Shown in pieces: positions 24,566-37,689 of a DNA stretch of 64,000 nt. Position 1 is the stretch's first letter. Every line of letters begins with the position of its first letter. Where the stretch lies: NCBI GenBank assembly GCA_964106915.2, contig OZ066924.1. One strand, given 5' to 3'. The notes beneath the pieces are model-generated. The model was given only the letters and a program-made list of their open reading frames with translations, did not search any database and was not told the origin of the DNA. This DNA is from Podarcis gaigeae. Taxonomy: Eukaryota. The translations under genes were made by a program, and so were the position numbers.

Positions 24566-25373
24566 ATATTTCAGGCTGTTCATCCTGCCCCTGTCACCCT
24601 GCATTGAGCAAATTTTAACTTATAGGGATGTGGAGAGATACAGAATTTGTGATGTTCAAACCCCTATAGTTAATCAGGATCTCCTGTACCCAGATGTTCA
24701 CAACAGATTAGTCTCTCTAATGGAAGTGTGCATCCTCTAATCATTCAGATTACAGGCATGACTCAAACAGAAGCAAGAAGAGTGTGCTATATGAAAGGTG
24801 CCTGTAGGACAAGGAATTGATTTAACAAGGGAGCCCAGATGGCTCAGACAGTGTGCTACAGAAGGGCAGAGATTTCTGGAAATGCAAAAGATGAAAAGCT
24901 GCTAATCTATAGGTAACTGGGCAGCCAGAAGATATGGACATTATAAGTTTATTTTAAAAGCCTGTGTTTGCAAAGATGTAAGCATGCTTTCAAAATCAAA
25001 CAGTGGTGGCTTGGGAGGTGGTCCAACTGGCTTTTCTGCAGCTTTCACAAGGAACATTTGTCCACAAGCAAGGCTGTTGTATGTCGTTGCTTCTCTGAAA
25101 GGTTATGATTCTAAGCTATTTGTGCCAATGCTAACATTCCTTTTATGTCAGTAGAATGCCACGTTTTTGAAACATTGCCCTGATGTAGATGTTGGGATAT
25201 TCCATCCCTCCTGTCTCTTTTTGTGCCAGGGCAGTGAGTTATAGATGGCATTTGTACAAGCGGATCATTTGTGGGGCTTGGGTGAAATTGGATCTGTATT
25301 GACTGAACATCTAATATTGAGCTTTGAGACTTTTTTTTTTGGTACATGTTGAAGGTTGGGAGAAACATATGAC

Positions 25374-25494
25374 CAGGGCTTTTTTCAGCCAGAACTTCCA
25401 GCACCTCTCAGGTGGGTGCCATTGCCATTATAAGAGAACAAGGGAGGCATTCATGGTGACTTCTGGCACCTCTTTTTCTAGAAAAATAGCACTG
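25374..25494. mobile_element. hAT MITE (121 bp)
   Basis: cagggctttttt ... aaaaatagcactg; perfect 8-bp TSD catatgac. Confidence 0.88.
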
Positions 25495-25979
25495 CATATG
25501 ACTGACTCCTGCTCCAAGACAGTCCTCCTCTGAGAAAACTAACATGTCAGGAGGAAGGCTAAGTAAAAACATTTCATAAGTGCAGGGAGTTCTATAATAA
25601 TTCAGACCCTCCCAGAAGTCACTGATTATCTGGACCCACATCAGTCCAATTTCAGTTTCTGATTTGGCATTAACCTGCTTTGGGTTGGTCACGCTGATAG
25701 ATGGCTCCCGCTGGGAGGACAGTGGGGTGAAGAAGCCTACTGATTCCTGGACCTCTGAGAAGCTTTTAAAACCATCAGACATGATCTGGGGAACTTGGCT
25801 ATGGTGGTGCTTTAGTTGCTGCTGCATTGCTTTTTAGATATTTGTCATTTTATTGGTCCTCTTAAGCCACCTTGAGCTTCCTGGGAATGGCGGAGTTTCT
25901 TTTTCTTAAGCAAAACGGGAAACAGTTAAGCTGAGCAGTTTCTACATCTGTAATCTGAAGTGGATAAGTAGCTTTACCA

Positions 25980-26105
25980 CAGGGAAGGGAAAACCTGTGG
26001 GCCTCCAGAGATTGTTGGACTCCATCAGCCCCAGCTAGCATGATGATGGGATGATGGGAGTTGCTGTTCAGCATCATTTGGAAGGCTGCTGGTTCTCCAT
26101 TCTTG
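25980..26105. mobile_element. Palindromic hAT MITE
   Basis: Perfect 8-bp TSD ctttacca (25972-25979, 26106-26113); degenerate TIRs caggg / ttcttg. Confidence 0.82.
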
Positions 26106-26369
26106 CTTTACCACACCAGGCACCATTTTAGTAGGCTGGCTTGGATATCCTGCTCTTCTGTGTTTAAAATGAATGGTGATTGAATGAAATGAATGGGAAA
26201 TGGAACCTACATAAGAGAATGAGTGTTGTCAGGATAGGAAGTGGGCTCTCTGAGGCCACACTGCACTTGTTCCTACATGCTCAGTTCTTGTCTAGGCTGA
26301 ATTTAATTGAGCTTGCCATTGATTTACCCCAGAACCTGTCATCACTGCAAAGATTCAGTCTTGGGATAT

Positions 26370-27425
26370 GCAGACATTACTGGTCATTCTCAGCTTTGGT
26401 CTGCCTGACCTTCTCTCTGCAACTGTTGGCTACTTATGTTTTTGCTTCCTTTGTGATTTCCCCTCTCTTCCATTTCTTGTACATGGCTTTCTTAAATCTC
26501 AGTTCATCTGTAAGCTTCTTATGCAACCACACCAGTTTCTTTAGATGCCCCCCACTTGTTGGAATGGTCTGCCTTTGGGGCTTCATTATTTCACCTTTAA
26601 GAAACATCCATCCATCTTGGACTTCCTTCTCTTTGAGTATTTCTGACCATGGGATCTCACCCAATAGTTCTTCAGCTTTTTGAAACCAGCCTTCTTAAAG
26701 TCCAGACTACTCTTCCTTACCTCTGTAACATGAAACCCAAGAGCACACAATCACTTCCTCCCGTGGTTCGCAGTACTTCCACTTCCACTTCCACTTGAGG
26801 GGCATGGGTGGTGCTGTGGTCTAAACCAGTGAGCCTCTTGGGCTTGCCAATCCGAAGGTAGGTGGTTTGACTCCACGCAACGGGGTGAGCTCCCATTGCT
26901 CTGCACCAGCTCCTGCCAACCTAGTAGTACAAAAGCATGCCAGTGCAAGTAGATAAATAGGTACTGCTGCAGCGGGAAGGTAAACAGCATTTCTATGAGC
27001 TCTGGTTTCTGTCATGGTGTTCTGTTGTGCCAGAAGTCATGCTGGCCACATGACTCGGACAGCTGTCTGTGGACAAATGCTGGCTCCCTCAGCCTGAAAG
27101 TGAGATGAGCACCACAACCCCATAGTTGCCTTTGACTGGACTTAACCTTGACTGGCCTTAATCTTACCTTTTACCTTTACTTCATCAATCAGTTGCCCCC
27201 TTTTGGTGAGGACCAGGTCCAAGATAGATGACCACCTTGTTGCTTCTTCCACTTTCTGGGAAATGAAATTGTCACTGAGGCACTGGAGGAATTTGTTGGA
27301 ATTTACATTTTTGGCAGAGTTTGAGTTCCAACAGGGTAGTTGAAGCCTCCCATAACTACTATATCTCTCCTTTTTTGAATATTTGGTAATCTGCCGTAGG
27401 AAGGCATCATCAAGGTTGAGCCGGA
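26370..27425 (-). mobile_element. CR1 LINE ORF2 fragment (endonuclease end/linker), split by a Sauria SINE
   Basis: KFLQCLSDNFISQKVEEATRWSSILDLVLT and GEIPWSEILKEKEVQDGWMFLKGEI...KKAMYKKWKRG are characteristic of CR1. Confidence 0.85.
26798..27181 (+). mobile_element. Sauria SINE
   Basis: Same head, body and acctt tail as the 1160 copy. Confidence 0.9.
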
Positions 27426-27899
27426 GCCTTCTGTGAAAATTAATAATTAAACCATCCTCCTCTTCACAGAATTTAGATTTGATCATCTTCTTCCTGGAAA
27501 CAAGGGTGCTGAAAAGAGCAGATAAAAGAATGTGACAATGTGTGTGCGTGTTTTAAAATGACCAGCAGTACGGCAATTCAGCAAAAAATGGATGCTTTGG
27601 CTGTTTCTTCTGTGAGTAACAGCATACAAAAGGGGAGAGCTGAATATTTGTGGTGGGCTGGAGGAAGGTGAGGAGAGAAGAGTCCTGCTATGATCCTTCC
27701 TTGCACATGTGATTCAAATTAAATCCAGAGCTCAGATTTCCAGCTGTTTTGTTACATGGAAGCAGATCACCTGTTACTCTGTTTTAAAAAGAGAGGGAGA
27801 ATGGGAGAGACTGCTTCCCTCCCCCACCAGACTCCTGTCACAGAAAGCAATTCCATCCTAAGCAGCTTAGCGTGTGGGATATCGTCTCTTTTTTTATTG

Positions 27900-27989
27900 T
27901 TCTGTTGCAGTGCTTTCTGCCCTTCAGAGCCAGTTAGACTTGTTAGGGAGAAGCCAACCGATTGGCTGATTAAACGAGTTCCGTTTCAT
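27900..27989 (+). promoter_or_regulatory. PDE4D: Putative PDE4D (PDE4D7-type) promoter
   Basis: Inverted CCAAT (attgg 27961) within the dyad agccaa-ccga-ttggct; local CpG enrichment; directly upstream of the conserved exon. Confidence 0.55.
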
Positions 27990-28152
27990 AAATTACAGTT
28001 CGGCATGCACTAGCACGCGTCTTGGGGCTGCCGTAATCCCAGGGGCCCGTCTGTTCCTGACTCCATGCCTGTCGGTTCTGCATCGTACATGATGTTGCAC
28101 TGGAATTTCCTGTCGTAAGAAAAGCTGGCTGTTGCATCTCCAGGACGACTCT
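27990..28152 (+). other. PDE4D: PDE4D non-coding first exon (PDE4D7-type 5'UTR)
   Basis: Strong donor TCT|gtgagt at 28152/28153; colinear similarity to the recalled human PDE4D7 5'UTR (agcacg.gtc, gttcctg.ct..atgc, tt.ctgtc.taa..agctg..ttgcatct.ca.gac); follows DEPDC1B in the same orientation as in mammals; start approximate. Confidence 0.7.
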
Positions 28153-28823
28153 GTGAGTAACTCTGATTTCTTAAACCCTTGCGTTAATTGCACACTTTAA
28201 GCAAGAGCTCCTGTAATTGGGCAACGCCACATTAGCATAAGGGACAACTTTAGTGGCTGAGGGACTGCGTTGCCTCTGAATTAACTTTGCGCTTCTCAGA
28301 CCCTAGAGAGTTAAGTCTATCTACTATGTGCAGTTGAACTGCAATCCACGGCTGTATTTATTTTGGAAATGGTGCCGTGTTTGATTCTATGTCTGTGCTC
28401 TCTTTCACTTATTAGAAAGGGATGAGACTGCAATATTTGTGACTTTTCCATGCCGATGCTGCTTTGGATCGAAGACACATAAAGTACTGTATGTGTTAGG
28501 AAGGAACTGTATTTTCTTTTTCTTTATGAGTGCTCAATGAGATTACTGTGGAGAGGGCTCCAGACACCGAATGATTTTTTTAAAGCCACAATAAACACCC
28601 ACCTACCAAGTTTCTTCTTTTAAATATATAGTCTTTACCAGCTAATGGCAAAGCCTTAAGCAACTTTTTTTTTATTGAAACGCTACTTTGTGCTCACCCC
28701 TTTTTATAGAAAACCAAATGCCACAAGCACTTAAGAATTTGAGCTGCAATTTTATGTGCTCTTCCTTGGGGCTAGGTTCTGTTGAACTTACTTCTGAGGA
28801 GCAGACTGCAAGGGTTTTAGATA

Positions 28824-29033
28824 CAGTGTTCCTCGGGTTACAGACGCTTCAGGTTACAGACTCCGCTAACCCAGAAATAGTACTTTGGGTTCAGAATTTT
28901 GCTTCAGGATGAGAACAGAAATTGCGTGGCGGTGGCGGCCCCATTAGCTAAAGTGGTACTTCAGGTTAAGAACAGTTTCAAGTTAAGAACGGACCTCTAG
29001 AAGGAATTAAGTTCTTAAACCAAGGTACCACTG
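28824..29033. mobile_element. Tigger-like MITE
   Basis: TA|cagtgttcctc ... aaggtaccactg|TA; opposite orientation to the 22403 copy. Confidence 0.88.
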
Positions 29034-30457
29034 TAGAACCAATTATTTCATTGTAAACCCACAGGTGAGGCCATGCCTCTTAACTTCTGTATGACACCTA
29101 GTATAGTGATCAGCCTGATTTTAAGTAATAAATTAGGAGGAACTTAAAATAATAATTAAAAAACCATGGAAACTGCTGTTTGGGATTTTCAGTATATGTC
29201 TGAAGTTGCAATCATGTTTACTAGGTAGTAAGTCTAACAGAATACAATGGGGCTCACTTCTTTATAAACCATGCTTAAGAGTGTCCTGCACTTTAATGAA
29301 AGCATCCCATAGATTCCTGTATTGGCTTTTGCATATTGCCAGGTGCTGCAGAGATTTTAAGACACTGCAGCAGGCATTTGGCTTCCCTTCCAAACAGTAG
29401 AACAGAAAGTGGCCTGGGGTTGTTGTTTTTTGTTGTTGTTGGCTAGGCATGGACAAACTGGGCAATTTCAGTTCTCTGGTATTTGGAGGCTGTGTCTTGG
29501 TTCACGTGTTCATTCGAGAAGTGCAAACCTGGTAGTTTTTCATTAAAATGCAAACAAAATCAATTTTGTCCTCCATCTCTACTTGTGGCAAATATAGTTG
29601 GGCTATGCTATTATTGCAGTTATTCTTTTACGGAATTTTGTATGGAAACCACCAGTGTGTCATGTTCTCACAACCATTAGTGTCCAAGAGAAACCAATAT
29701 TCATAATGCTTTCTAGGAATTTTTAAAACAGGGAAAGTGTCTGTTTGTGTTGCAACTGTGGAACTTTCTTTTGGCATAGATTAGAGTCCGGGCAGTTTCT
29801 TGATTAGTGATTCTCTCCCTTTCCACAAACACCTCCCCCAGTGCATTGGTGGAACAGAAAATGTAGCCTGCAACTTGAATTCCTGTGTTCCCAGGTTAGG
29901 AGATATATCTACTTAAGTCCTTCTGCTTTGATGACTGTAAATGGTTGAAAAAGTTTTAGTTCTCTCTTTGCATTTCAAGAGTCCGTAATCGAGTAAGATT
30001 TGTGCTAAATGTTTTTGACCCTTCGGACGAACATCATTTCCTGGTATGATGCGTTGCTTGTACTGCTTTGTATTTCCTTTGCACATTTTTTGCTGTCCAA
30101 AATGTTACATTTAATCCTCCGCTTCCAAGGGACAGATGCATGGGGCAGTTTTCAGCACAAATGTATCAGAAGGGGAGGGAGAGCGCGGCAGACGTAACCC
30201 AGTTTTTATTAGATGGGTTACAATATATACAAACTATTCTGCATGCCTTCAAGATAGCTAATGCAGCGGTTTATGAAGCTACGCCTGTAACTCTGTCATT
30301 AGAAAGTTTGCAATGGCAGTGAAACGAGCTTTGCAGATAGATGCTATCAGCATGTGCTGTGAATCAGCCAAGCCTGCCCCATGATTGATGCTTTTGGGGC
30401 TTATCTAGATCATTGGATCATAGCATCGTGCCTTTTGCATTTTACCCTTTCTAGGAA

Positions 30458-31245
30458 ATTTATTTATTTATTGAATTTCTGTCCCGCTCTTTCTCCCAAA
30501 GGAGCCCAGCGTAGCAAACTGGTGGAAAATGCTATTCAAAACATGCTTAGAACATTTTTAAAGGATTTTTAAAAATCCGAAAACATTTAAAGGCATTAAG
30601 AACACCTAAAAACATGTCAAATAATTGCATCACAGTTAATAAATTTAAGATAGCCGGGAGCAGTCTCTTTCAGCCACCTAAATACCTAGGTGAACAGGAA
30701 TGTTTCTTCCTAAAAATTAGTGAGGGAAACAGACCTTTCCCACCAGGGAGGACATTCCACAAACAGGAAACCATCCCTGAGAAAGTCCTGTCACCTGTCA
30801 GTGCAACCCAGGCAGCTCCTGGCAGTGGCACCCTGCCCAGAACAGGTTGTTCACTTAATTCCCTCCAGCCAGGGCACCGCCATCATATCAAGATTCAGCC
30901 TTATTGGCTATATCCAGTCCTTCACTGCTTCCAGACATTGGACCAGCACCTGCACGGTCTCTCCTGAGTCAGATGGAATGGAGAGATAGAGCTGTGTGTC
31001 ATCAGTATACTGACAACATGGCTTCCCCAAAAAAATCTTGGGCAGTGCTGGACAACACCATGCTCCAGATCCCTGGACGACAGCTCCCATGGTTTCACAT
31101 AGATGTTGAATAGCAGAGGAGACAGAAGGGATGCCTGTGGGACCCCCACAACTCAACCACATGTTTGAGCAATATTCACCTAGTGCTGTTTTCTAGTAAT
31201 GGCCTCATAGGTAGGAGCAGAGCCACCACAATACAGTGCCTTCAA
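30458..31245 (-). mobile_element. L2-clade LINE fragments (RT core plus 3' tail)
   Basis: GVPQASLLSPLLFNIYVKP and CCQYTDDTQLYLS (degenerate GVPQG/YADD motifs); L2-type tail near 30460-30510. Confidence 0.8.
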
Positions 31246-32029
31246 CTTCCTCAGTTGCTATCCTGATTAGACATCTTCAAATAGAACCAGATAAAGCAAT
31301 GAATATACCTTTGTTTCCCAGAGTTTCTTAGGAAAGAGGGATTGGTTGTAGCTCTGAGAATTGTCAGGTACCTCCTGACAAGTTTCAGGGCCCTTAAGAA
31401 ACTAAACTGCCCAAGATTTTTTTGGGGGAAGCCATGGCTGATTAAAGTAGAATAATGCTGTTTAGTGCGGGTGGGGCCCAGAAGAAAAAAACTGGCCCCA
31501 TAAAGCTCTGTTGGAGCTTCTAAATGTTCAAAGAAGGGAGGAATGCAAAACCACGCTTTGGTTCATTCATGGTATCCCTTTCGTGATTTGAACTTTGTTG
31601 CATACATAGCTATGGTTTTGGCTATGTACTGTGTATCCACATCTGGACTGCCAACTGCAGAGGCCTTTTGGGATACTAGACTAGATAATTGGGCTTGGAT
31701 AAATGAGATTCTTTTTAAAAAGCATCTCTAGTGTCTCTCTTCAAGGCAAAGTAGAAAATCTAATGCTTTTTCCATCATTAGCATGTTTAGGGTCATGTTC
31801 GCAGCACTTATAAACATTGGCAATGTGAGTGTGACACTTTACTGGTTAGAAAATAGATACTCGGACAGAGACTGTTTTGGAAAGTTTTTGCAGGGAATGT
31901 TTCTGGTCACACAGACACTGAAATCTATCTTTCATTGCTACAGTGCTTCCTATTCAACCTGTTGAACCATTTTGCAACCTCTTCCCCAAGCAGTTATTGC
32001 TAGCCTGCCACAGAAACAATTCTTGTTTA

Positions 32030-33006
32030 CAGAGGTGGAGTTAGCTTAAGGTTACCAGATTTTTTTTCAAAGAATCCAGGGACACTTTTTTAAAAAAAAA
32101 AAAGAGAGAGAAAAGTTATTTTAAAAAAGGTATTATTTTTTAAAAAAGAAGTAACATCTTCTCTTCTGTGGTCTCCTCTGTTGCATGGCCTTCCTCTGGG
32201 CCCTAGCCTGCTCTCTTGGAGTGCTAGCTGCCATGGAGTAGGCTCAGGTCGGGCCTGGGCTCGGCCACATGTCCTTGCCCTCCCGGTGCTCTCCTACCTT
32301 CCCTCATAGGCGGCAGCGGCAAGGTCAGGGCTCCCCTCTTTTCTCTCCTTCCTTCTCCTTCTCCCTGCGCTGGCTCCAGGGTTCTCCTGGCCCCAGAGCA
32401 CCGCTGGGCAGTCGGCTGGGTGGCCAGGCGCTCTCACTCCCGGCTCGATTTGGGTCATGGGGCGGGGGTCAAAGGTTCCCCCAGTTGCCATGCTGGGCAT
32501 CCCTGGTTCCCCCTCAGCAATGGCAGCGGCAGTCTCAGCAGCCCGGAGCCAGCCTGGTAGTGTAGTTGGCTCTGGCTGGATTCAGGAGTTGCCTGCTGCC
32601 GTGGCGCCCGCCATTTTGCCTCACCGGAAGTCCCCATCTGATGTGTCTTGTGCCGTTGAACCAATCACGCAACATTAATTCCCTACTAATAAATCTGCAA
32701 CACTTAAAATAAAAATCCAGGGACGTTAAACGAAATCCAGGGACATCCTGGGGATGGATTTTCTCCGGGGACAGATTTTTAAATCCAGGGACTCTCCCCA
32801 GGAAATGGGGACGTCTGGTAACCATAAGCTAGCTGCTCCGGCACCCGGAGTGGCGCACATGCTGTGCACCGGTGGGGGCTTGGCGAGACCGCTAGGGGAG
32901 AGCCGCCCACAGTAAGCATCCCAGGGGGTGGCACGGCAATGTCACCCCCCTCAGGGATGACACCCGGGGAAGGCTTCACCCACTGCACCCCCTTTCTTTG
33001 CCAGTG
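32030..33006. mobile_element. Outer hAT MITE (Tip100-like) containing a nested element
   Basis: Perfect 8-bp TSD cttgttta (32022-32029, 33007-33014); degenerate TIRs cagaggtggag / ctttgccagtg. Confidence 0.8.
32047..32826. mobile_element. Inner hAT (Blackjack-like) non-autonomous element, 780 bp
   Basis: TIRs taaggttaccaga / tctggtaaccata; TSD agttagct / agctagct; repeated subterminal aatccagggac. Confidence 0.85.
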
Positions 33007-33119
33007 CTTGTTTAAACCGGCATAGGAATAAATTATACTTTGGGGGGGGGGTATGCAGTCATTGGAAGTTTGCTTCTTGGACTTGGTCTCAAATGGGGAT
33101 TCTAGGCATTGCTCTGGAT

Positions 33120-33256
33120 CCGGCTTCCTCAACCTCGGCCCTCCAGATGTTTTGAGACTACAATTCCCATCATCTCTGACCAGTGGTCCTGCTAGCTAGG
33201 GATCATGGGAGTTGTAGGCCAAAAAACATCTGGAGGGCCGAGATGGAGGAAGCCTA
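33120..33256. mobile_element. Palindromic hAT MITE (137 bp)
   Basis: Long inverted arms ggcttcctc..ctcggccctccagatgtttt; perfect TSD ctctggat. Confidence 0.9.
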
Positions 33257-34786
33257 CTCTGGATGAACTGGAGGAGTGAAAGGCATATGGGTGCCTGCAT
33301 TGCTTATTACGTGCCTCTTGGTGGGTTTGAGGATTGTACTCAACGCTTTGGTCAAAGCTAACTTTTTGCCCTGTTGCTTCCTCTGCTGTTCCAGGCTTTC
33401 CACCTGTGGTGACGGGCTCTGATGATGGTCCATCTTAATAGAATGCAGCGTATGCAATGTCTTAGGTTTGCAGGCATAACATCTCTGCAATTGTCACATG
33501 ACCCCTGCCATTTTTCAGCTATGGTATCCCGCCTGTGTGATACTCCCCCAAGTGCCAAATTTGGTGCACGTTTTTTATTCAAGGTAAATAACTTTTTATT
33601 TGTGTAGGCCTCCGGCCTTCTAGCATGTGCCATCGAAGCTGGTTTTAACCAGAAATCAGTACTTTATTTTTACTGTTTTTGTTGCTCAGATATATTTCTG
33701 TTGAGTCAATAGAGTGCACTGCTGTTTCCACTTTGATTAATTTACCTAAAACATTTTTTTATTAAAAAATAAAATAAAGCATTTTAATTCTACCCTTTGG
33801 CTGAAAAAGATTTCCAGAGTGGTTTACAGATGACCAGATAGTTCCTGGCATCAGCCTTGCCATCTGAAAGGCCCAACACAAAAGGAAAAAGGGACTGAAA
33901 TTTTTGTATTTGATATCTGATCTGGAAGTTTTATTAAGCTGGAGGGTTGTTTATAAATGTATTACAAACTCTATAGTGCGGGTAAAGCAAAATCCTATGA
34001 AATACTATCCTGTAAACCAACACTTGGTTTGAAATAAAGGCTTGAGGTATGTATATCTGCCTTAAGAGTTTCCACGTAGGCCTGCTTTTTATCTGGAGAA
34101 AATTCAGCGTCATTTGCTTCAAATGAGCTCAGCGATCTCTTTCTCTTGAATCCTCTTTCATCTCTTTGCAGCTTAACGCTTTCTTTGAAAAAAAAAATAC
34201 ACACACACACACATTAATCACAAATGTATCTGCTTTTTTGTTTATCTCTTTCTGCTTTGGGGGAGTATACTTTCTCAGGACAGTCTCTTCTCTGCCAGAA
34301 AAATAGCTGGCTGTATTTTCCCTGCTTTGATATAAACAATTTATTGTATAAAGAAAATGTTTTGTCATATTTCATGATATAGTGCTATTAAAGCTATTTC
34401 TGGATCTATCCAAAGCCGTCTTGGAGAAACACAAGGCTCTTGTTTTGAAACTTTCTTGTTGGCTGCAATTAGGTATCCCATGCTATGATGAAGACAGCCA
34501 TTGTGGTGGTGGTGTTAACGTGGTGACAACAGTCTGGGTTTCAATCCTCACTTAGCCACAAAGCTCATTGCGTGACTCTGAGGTATCATAATCTCTCAGC
34601 CTCACAGGGTAATTGCAAGGATAAAATGGCGGGGAGGTGGTAGAGGGAAACCTTTGTTGTTGTTTTCAATCTCCTTGGAAGAAGGGCAGGGATAAAAATG
34701 TAATAAACAATACCACAATGTAAGCAGCTTGCAGTGATTAATTTCCAACACACCACAGCTCAGACTTATTAGAAGCCCCTGAAATA

Positions 34787-35012
34787 CAGTGGTACCTCGG
34801 GTTAAGAACTTAATTTGTTCTGGAGGTCCGTTCTTAACCTGAAACTGTTCTTAACCTGAAGCACCACTTTAGCTAATGGGGCCTCCCACTGCCACCATGC
34901 CACCGCCACACAATTTCTGTTCTCATCCTGAAGCAAATTTCTTAACCCGAGGTACTATTTTTGGGTTAGTGGAGTCTGTAACCTGAAGTGTCTGTAACCC
35001 GAGGTACCACTG
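34787..35012. mobile_element. Tigger-like MITE
   Basis: TA|cagtggtacctcggg ... cccgaggtaccactg|TA. Confidence 0.9.
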
Positions 35013-35159
35013 TAATTGCCTCCTTCACACATAATACTAAGTCAAACCCATGGCTTAGTGTGAAAGAACAAGTAGGTTGGTGCACACCGAGAAAATTGTG
35101 GCTGATTTGCTCCTTTCACTCAATTCTGTTGCGGTGCTGCCAGGAGATGAGCCATGATT

Positions 35160-35330
35160 TGGCTCAGTATTGCATCAGAACCTGGGCTCATGGGTTATCT
35201 CCCAAAGCCCTAAGTGGCTTTGGCCTTGTATACCTGAAGGCGTGTCACCGCATCGTTCAGCCCAGACACTGAGGTCCAGCTCTGAGGGCCTTCTGATGGT
35301 TCCCTCGCTTCGAGAAGTGAAGTTACAGGT
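35160..35330 (+). mobile_element. L2 fragment
   Basis: Similar to the 14088 L2 (tgaggtccagctctgagggccttctg..gttccctc). Confidence 0.7.
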
Positions 35331-37689
35331 GTGAGAGGAGCTTAGCAGGCACACCAAGCCATCGTTTGGTTTTGTGTTACCTGCAGGCCAGGCCAATGTG
35401 TGTTGCAGTGCTTTGAATGCTAGAAATGTACAACATGGATGCTGTTTTCCTACAGGTTTTGTGGAAGCCTTTGCACAAATAACTATATGCATGAGGGCTT
35501 CTAGGCTACAGTGCTATATTTGCACATGCATGATCAGGGATGAGGCTGATCAGTGTGGCTGTGCTCATTGATGACATATTGATAAACTTGGGAGCTGTAA
35601 TGCTATAATATTTCCCGTTATCAGTTCTAGTTGTATAATAATAGTGCTGAAATAGAAAAGTGTTCCCTGTTAAAAGTCCTGCAGGTGGACTGGTATCTAG
35701 TGGGGTCAGATTTGGGTCTGTGTTGGCCAGTTCAGATTTCCTCTCTGTCAGATTTCTTTTCTATGATTCTGGTTCGGATTGCTTTTTCTGCCATGCCACT
35801 TCACTGAGGAAATTATGAACTTGATGCAGTACGGGGAAAGATTGAAGGATTTTGTCTCTCACAATCTCTTTGGTGGTACCATACCTTGCAAATACAGTTT
35901 TGCATTGTTTGATTACTGATTTAATTGTAGTGTCCTCAGGCTAACGTACTAATCTAATCAAGTAAATTTTTCTTAAAAATTCAAGTAATCCTGTTTCCCA
36001 GCTTCTGCCGAGACCTGTTTTAGAATTTAATGGGTCTCTTTTTATTTTTAAATTTTGAAGCTATGGCCATGTTTAATATAGAACTATCTCTTATGTCTGT
36101 TTGCAGGTTTAACATTAACCATGAATTAATTAATTAACACACGGTAACCTTCATAAAGAAAAATTATGCAATTTGCCATAGTTACAGTCACTTTTAGAAA
36201 AGCCCAGATAAATCCTTTCAATTGATATTCAGGAGGAAAGGACCATGGGATTTTGGAAATTGACCCTTTGAACTTTGCTGTCTTGTTAAACTTAAATTGT
36301 TTTAAAACCAAAAAATGAATACCCAGTGCAAAGTGTACACATGTCACTTAGAGCTAGTAGTCTTGTGCCAAGTAGGTGGGCACCTTGTTGGCAGAGAAAA
36401 GTTCCCATGCAGTTTGTTTTGCATCAAATACTATGTTATGCTAAAATGTACATGGTTATTTATGTAATTTACCTAACTTATGAATTTAACATGTTTAAAG
36501 ATGTAATTCTTTCCACACAATTTCAATGCAAAGGCCATTCAGGAAATGCATTTTAAGTAGGAAAGCTCCCATAATCAGTTACGTATCATTTGCTAACTGA
36601 ACAAATCAGTATTCACTGGTTTGATTTCCGTTCCAGACATGGGAAGCGTAAGTGAACACCATCAATTTCCATTTCTGTTTCTGTTTCTGTTTTTATGCAG
36701 AAGCTATATAAGAAGCAGATAGTTCTATACAAGTCAGTCACTAAATGATTTGAGATTCCCAAGAGAAAGAAATATATTCTGCACACTCTTTTTAATGTGA
36801 AATACACCTGTACCAAGAACCTGAATTAACTAAGCCCACTGAAGGACATGGAAACCTAAACTGTATGTATTCACTTTTTTAAAAAGATACAGTGACGCTT
36901 AGGGTATTTAATCCTTTCATCTCTCCCTCCCTAAACAAAATGCCATGCACGATGTATTAACTTAGCTTGGGCTGATACTTGAACATCTGTGCTTCGTTTT
37001 GACAGATGGCTCGTCCTCTAATGTCCCAGACCAAAAGCACAGTGTGCTGTCATTGGTCATTGTGTGGGTTTTAAAAACCTGGCTCAGCTCCAGCCTATTG
37101 GTGTATGACATTTGTAGCTGTGTCCTGCCCTGTGCCTGGAGATGTATAATGGAAGCTATCATATGGTCAGATCTTATCTGGGTCTAATTAGGGCAAATGG
37201 TTGTAATTTATTGCCCTGGCTATTTACAGATGACATTTTACATAATGGTTATATGGCTGTCGCTTGCAACAACCCATGTAATGTATTGCAATAACAGTTA
37301 CTTGGGAGCAGTGCTGTAACAGTCAGGGGATGATGTCTTAACAATAATCCCTTAACTGAGGTTGATGCTGTATAAAGAAAAATAGGTTCTTCATACAGTT
37401 GAAAATACTTGTAAATTGTACTAACTTCCATCCATAACCAGTGTTAGGAGTGAGCTGGATATTGTTTTTTAGATAGAGCTGAATTGTTGCTTTTATTACT
37501 TTAGAAAGTAAGAATTTTCTATCCCAAAGAGTAAATCTCTTCTTGAAAACATCCAGATTTTAAGTTCCTTGAAGTATTGGTCACAGAATCTGTATGCTGC
37601 ATACATTTTTACAAAATTCCTCTCTCCCATTGCAGTGTGAATAATAAGTGCAACAATAAGTATAAATAATGGGATTTTAAAAAGCAGTA

